From NCBI GenBank assembly GCA_052327205.1, contig CM126220.1:48732001-48796000 (forward strand): DNA of 64,000 nt, in the 5' to 3' direction. Positions within the stretch are counted from its first letter, which is position 1, and every line of letters starts with the position of its first letter. Source of the DNA: Somniosus microcephalus (taxonomy: Eukaryota). The notes beneath the pieces are model-generated. The model was not told where the DNA came from and did not search any database. It was given only the letters and a program-made list of their open reading frames with translations. Of this stretch, positions 61,514-64,000 are shown in pieces. The position numbers and the translations under genes are program-made.

Positions 61514-61824
61514 AGTACACATCTAAGGTAACAGGAGGTTTTTGCTTTCAAACCTGCTATTATACTGGTGTCAATGCAATCTAATGTTGAGAGTGCTTAC
61601 TAAATGTCAGCAATATTAATGTAAGTGAGATTTCATTTACCATTCTAGCTGGCTGTAGGATGACTGAAGCATGGGTAAAACCTGTATGGTTGCAACTTTT
61701 AACCAAAACTTTTGTGGTACTGGAGGTCACCTTCCTTTTTCTTCTGGTTGGAAAAAATTGACTATCTTGCTAATTTTCCCCAAATAGTAGAAACTACATT
61801 GTTCGTAGAAGGCTGATAACCTTG

Positions 61825-62052
61825 AACCAAAACCAGAAAATGTTGGAAACACTGAGCAGGTCAGGCGGCATCCGTGGAGAGATCGGATCAGTTAACATTT
61901 TGTGAGTGGGTCCTTCTTCAGTATTGTAGTTCCAGTTTTGATGAAGGGTCCACATCTGAAATGTAACTGTTCTCACCACAGATGCTGTCTGACCTGCAAG
62001 GTTCTATCCAGCATTTTCTTTTTTTGTTTCAGATTTGCAGCATCTGCTTTTT
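61825..62052. mobile_element. Older head-to-head pair of Penelope pLTRs with degenerate hammerhead motifs
   Basis: Same architecture as 47111-47370; cores CTGAAGA..CAAAATGTTAAC (minus) and TTGATGA..GAAATGTAAC (plus). Confidence 0.75.
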
Positions 62053-63406
62053 GACTGATAAACTTGCATGTGCTTGAGTGCTTATATCCAGAATACTGTC
62101 ATCCCTTTGTAGTGGTCTGAGCAAGCAGTGTAACAGCATGCTTCCTATATACACAAGTACAGAAATTATGCATGTACTGGTCCAACACTGCCAACTTAGT
62201 GGCAGCATTACATATAACAACTGGCATGAGGTAAAAGAGAATGTCAATGTGTTGGCATTAGATCCCAATGTCTAATCCTTCCTAGATGTTTTAATGATTT
62301 GGCTTTAAGGTCTTTAATAGTACAGCGCAGACTGTACCCAGAGTGAGTCATGTTGGAATGATTCCAGAACCTGAGGTGACTACTAATGTGGAGACTAGGC
62401 ATCGCAAAGTAAAATAAGGGATTTGTCTCTCATTCTGACACCTTCCATAAACATGAGTGTAAGACTTCCATTAAGTTTTCTGTCTTTACCTGTGCGGCTA
62501 ACAATTAACATCTCCAAATTAAAGAGAATGGAAACCTGATTTCCTTACTTCATCTTTGCCATTTCTGTTTAATATTGCAAATGTATACTGTATTAGTACA
62601 AAGTACCATACTCATGGTATTTTAACTATCTAAAGTGGGTGCATCACATGCTTGCTTTTAATTTAGAATTAATTCCAAAATTTGTACAAATTTACGATAA
62701 CGACTTTTTTCAAGTTGAGAAACCATGACAAATATCTGACTTGAAATGTACAATTTGATTTTTTTTTTAAACCCAGCAGAAATCACAAATAGCCAGCTTT
62801 TATTTTCTAATGAAACTTATGACATTTAATGTATTACATAAAATGATGATGACAATTCCTGAACTAGAACTTATTTTGTGTGGTCTTATGGGAGTAAGTC
62901 AAATGGAACTATGTGCCCCAGCAGTTAAGTGCAACAAAATACTTAAGCATAAATGTCAATAATAATTAGATTGTCCAGCCTCTCCACTGACTTGACATTC
63001 TGACATTCTCTCTATAGCCCTAAGTTGAAGTGTTCAGTTTTATGAATTCAAAATAACGTTTGGCAGTAGGACTGAAAACAGATCACAATAATATTACAAG
63101 AGTCTCTGTGGGAATAAGAATATAAATATATGGAGCAGATGGGCTTTTCTCTAGTCAGATTCTTCATGGATCACTTGTTCGTTTCCCAGTTCTGGTTGAC
63201 ATCAATTTGGCATGTTTCAAGAAACTCTTTATAGTGAAAGATGAGATGAAATATGTATAACCAACACTCAAATGGTATAAATTTCAAATATACAAGCTCC
63301 AATCAATCTTTGCAGAAATACTCAAGAAACTAAATCTGTGTACCTTTGTCCTTTTAAGTTGATGAGTTCAAGAAGTAATACATGTATTTTTCATTCCTCT
63401 TTTAAT

Positions 63407-64000
63407 GGCCCGTATTTTCTGATCGGAGGCTTCCTGCGGCGGATGCCTCCAGTCTGGAAAAAAATCTACGCCCTTACCTGAGGGCTTCAGAGGTCTGGAC
63501 ATTTCCACTCCTAGGCCTCTCCAGGTCCGCGCGTGCAGAGGCCCAGGTATCCCAGGGGCGCAGGCGGTTCGCAAGCGTCCCTGGGATCACGGGACCATGG
63601 GGAACCAATGGAAGAAGGGAATCCCCCTTCATACTTTTGACAGGTCTCTCAGCTTAGACCCATCAAAAGTATGAATGGGGATAACTCAAAAAAAAATTAA
63701 AACATTAAATAAATTTGAAAATTAGTTAAAATTTCATTAAATTCAATATTTTAAACAAAATTTAATTTTTGAAAAAAGTAATTAAAGTTCTTTATGGGGC
63801 TAAAAATAAACTTACCTTTTTTAGAAGTATTTTTACAATTATAAATGAGTGAAACAATAATTATTTTTTTACTTTTTTAAACCCTTATGCTGGTAAAAGC
63901 AGGCCTTACGCATATGCTTTTACCAGGCGTAAGATTTCTGAGGGTTTTCAGCGGGCGGAGGTTCTGCAGAAAGCGGAACTCTCCCCCCGCAGAGGCCCTT
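63407..64000. mobile_element. Probable MITE running off the window end
   Basis: Starts GGCCCGTATTTT like the other MITE ends; abrupt GC rise; several internal hairpins; AAACTTACCTTTTT motif; second TIR not visible. Confidence 0.5.

Overview
Eukaryotic, vertebrate sequence, very likely from a cartilaginous fish (HE1/V-SINE, SacSINE1-like DeuSINE, CR1, L2 and Penelope repeats). The only protein-coding gene is TBX3 on the minus strand: 7 coding exons from 24976 to 17237, all with GT-AG junctions, 2169 nt, 722 aa. It lies in a CpG-retaining domain of about 42 kb with a transposon-poor core (about 16.3-44.5 kb). A 25-bp minisatellite and CTCF-like motifs lie on its 3' side. The flanks are rich in nested retroelements and non-autonomous DNA transposons with 3-bp target duplications. 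The most notable observations are: (i) minimal type I hammerhead ribozyme motifs in inverted pairs of Penelope terminal repeats; (ii) a 60-nt 'proto-exon 2a' in TBX3 intron 2 that ends in a stop codon; (iii) several PIF/Harbinger-like MITE families with non-TWA TSDs and internal hairpins; (iv) a triple Pumilio-element cluster in the TBX3 3'UTR. All calls come from reading the sequence by eye, with no database searches. Comparisons to human TBX3 are from recall.
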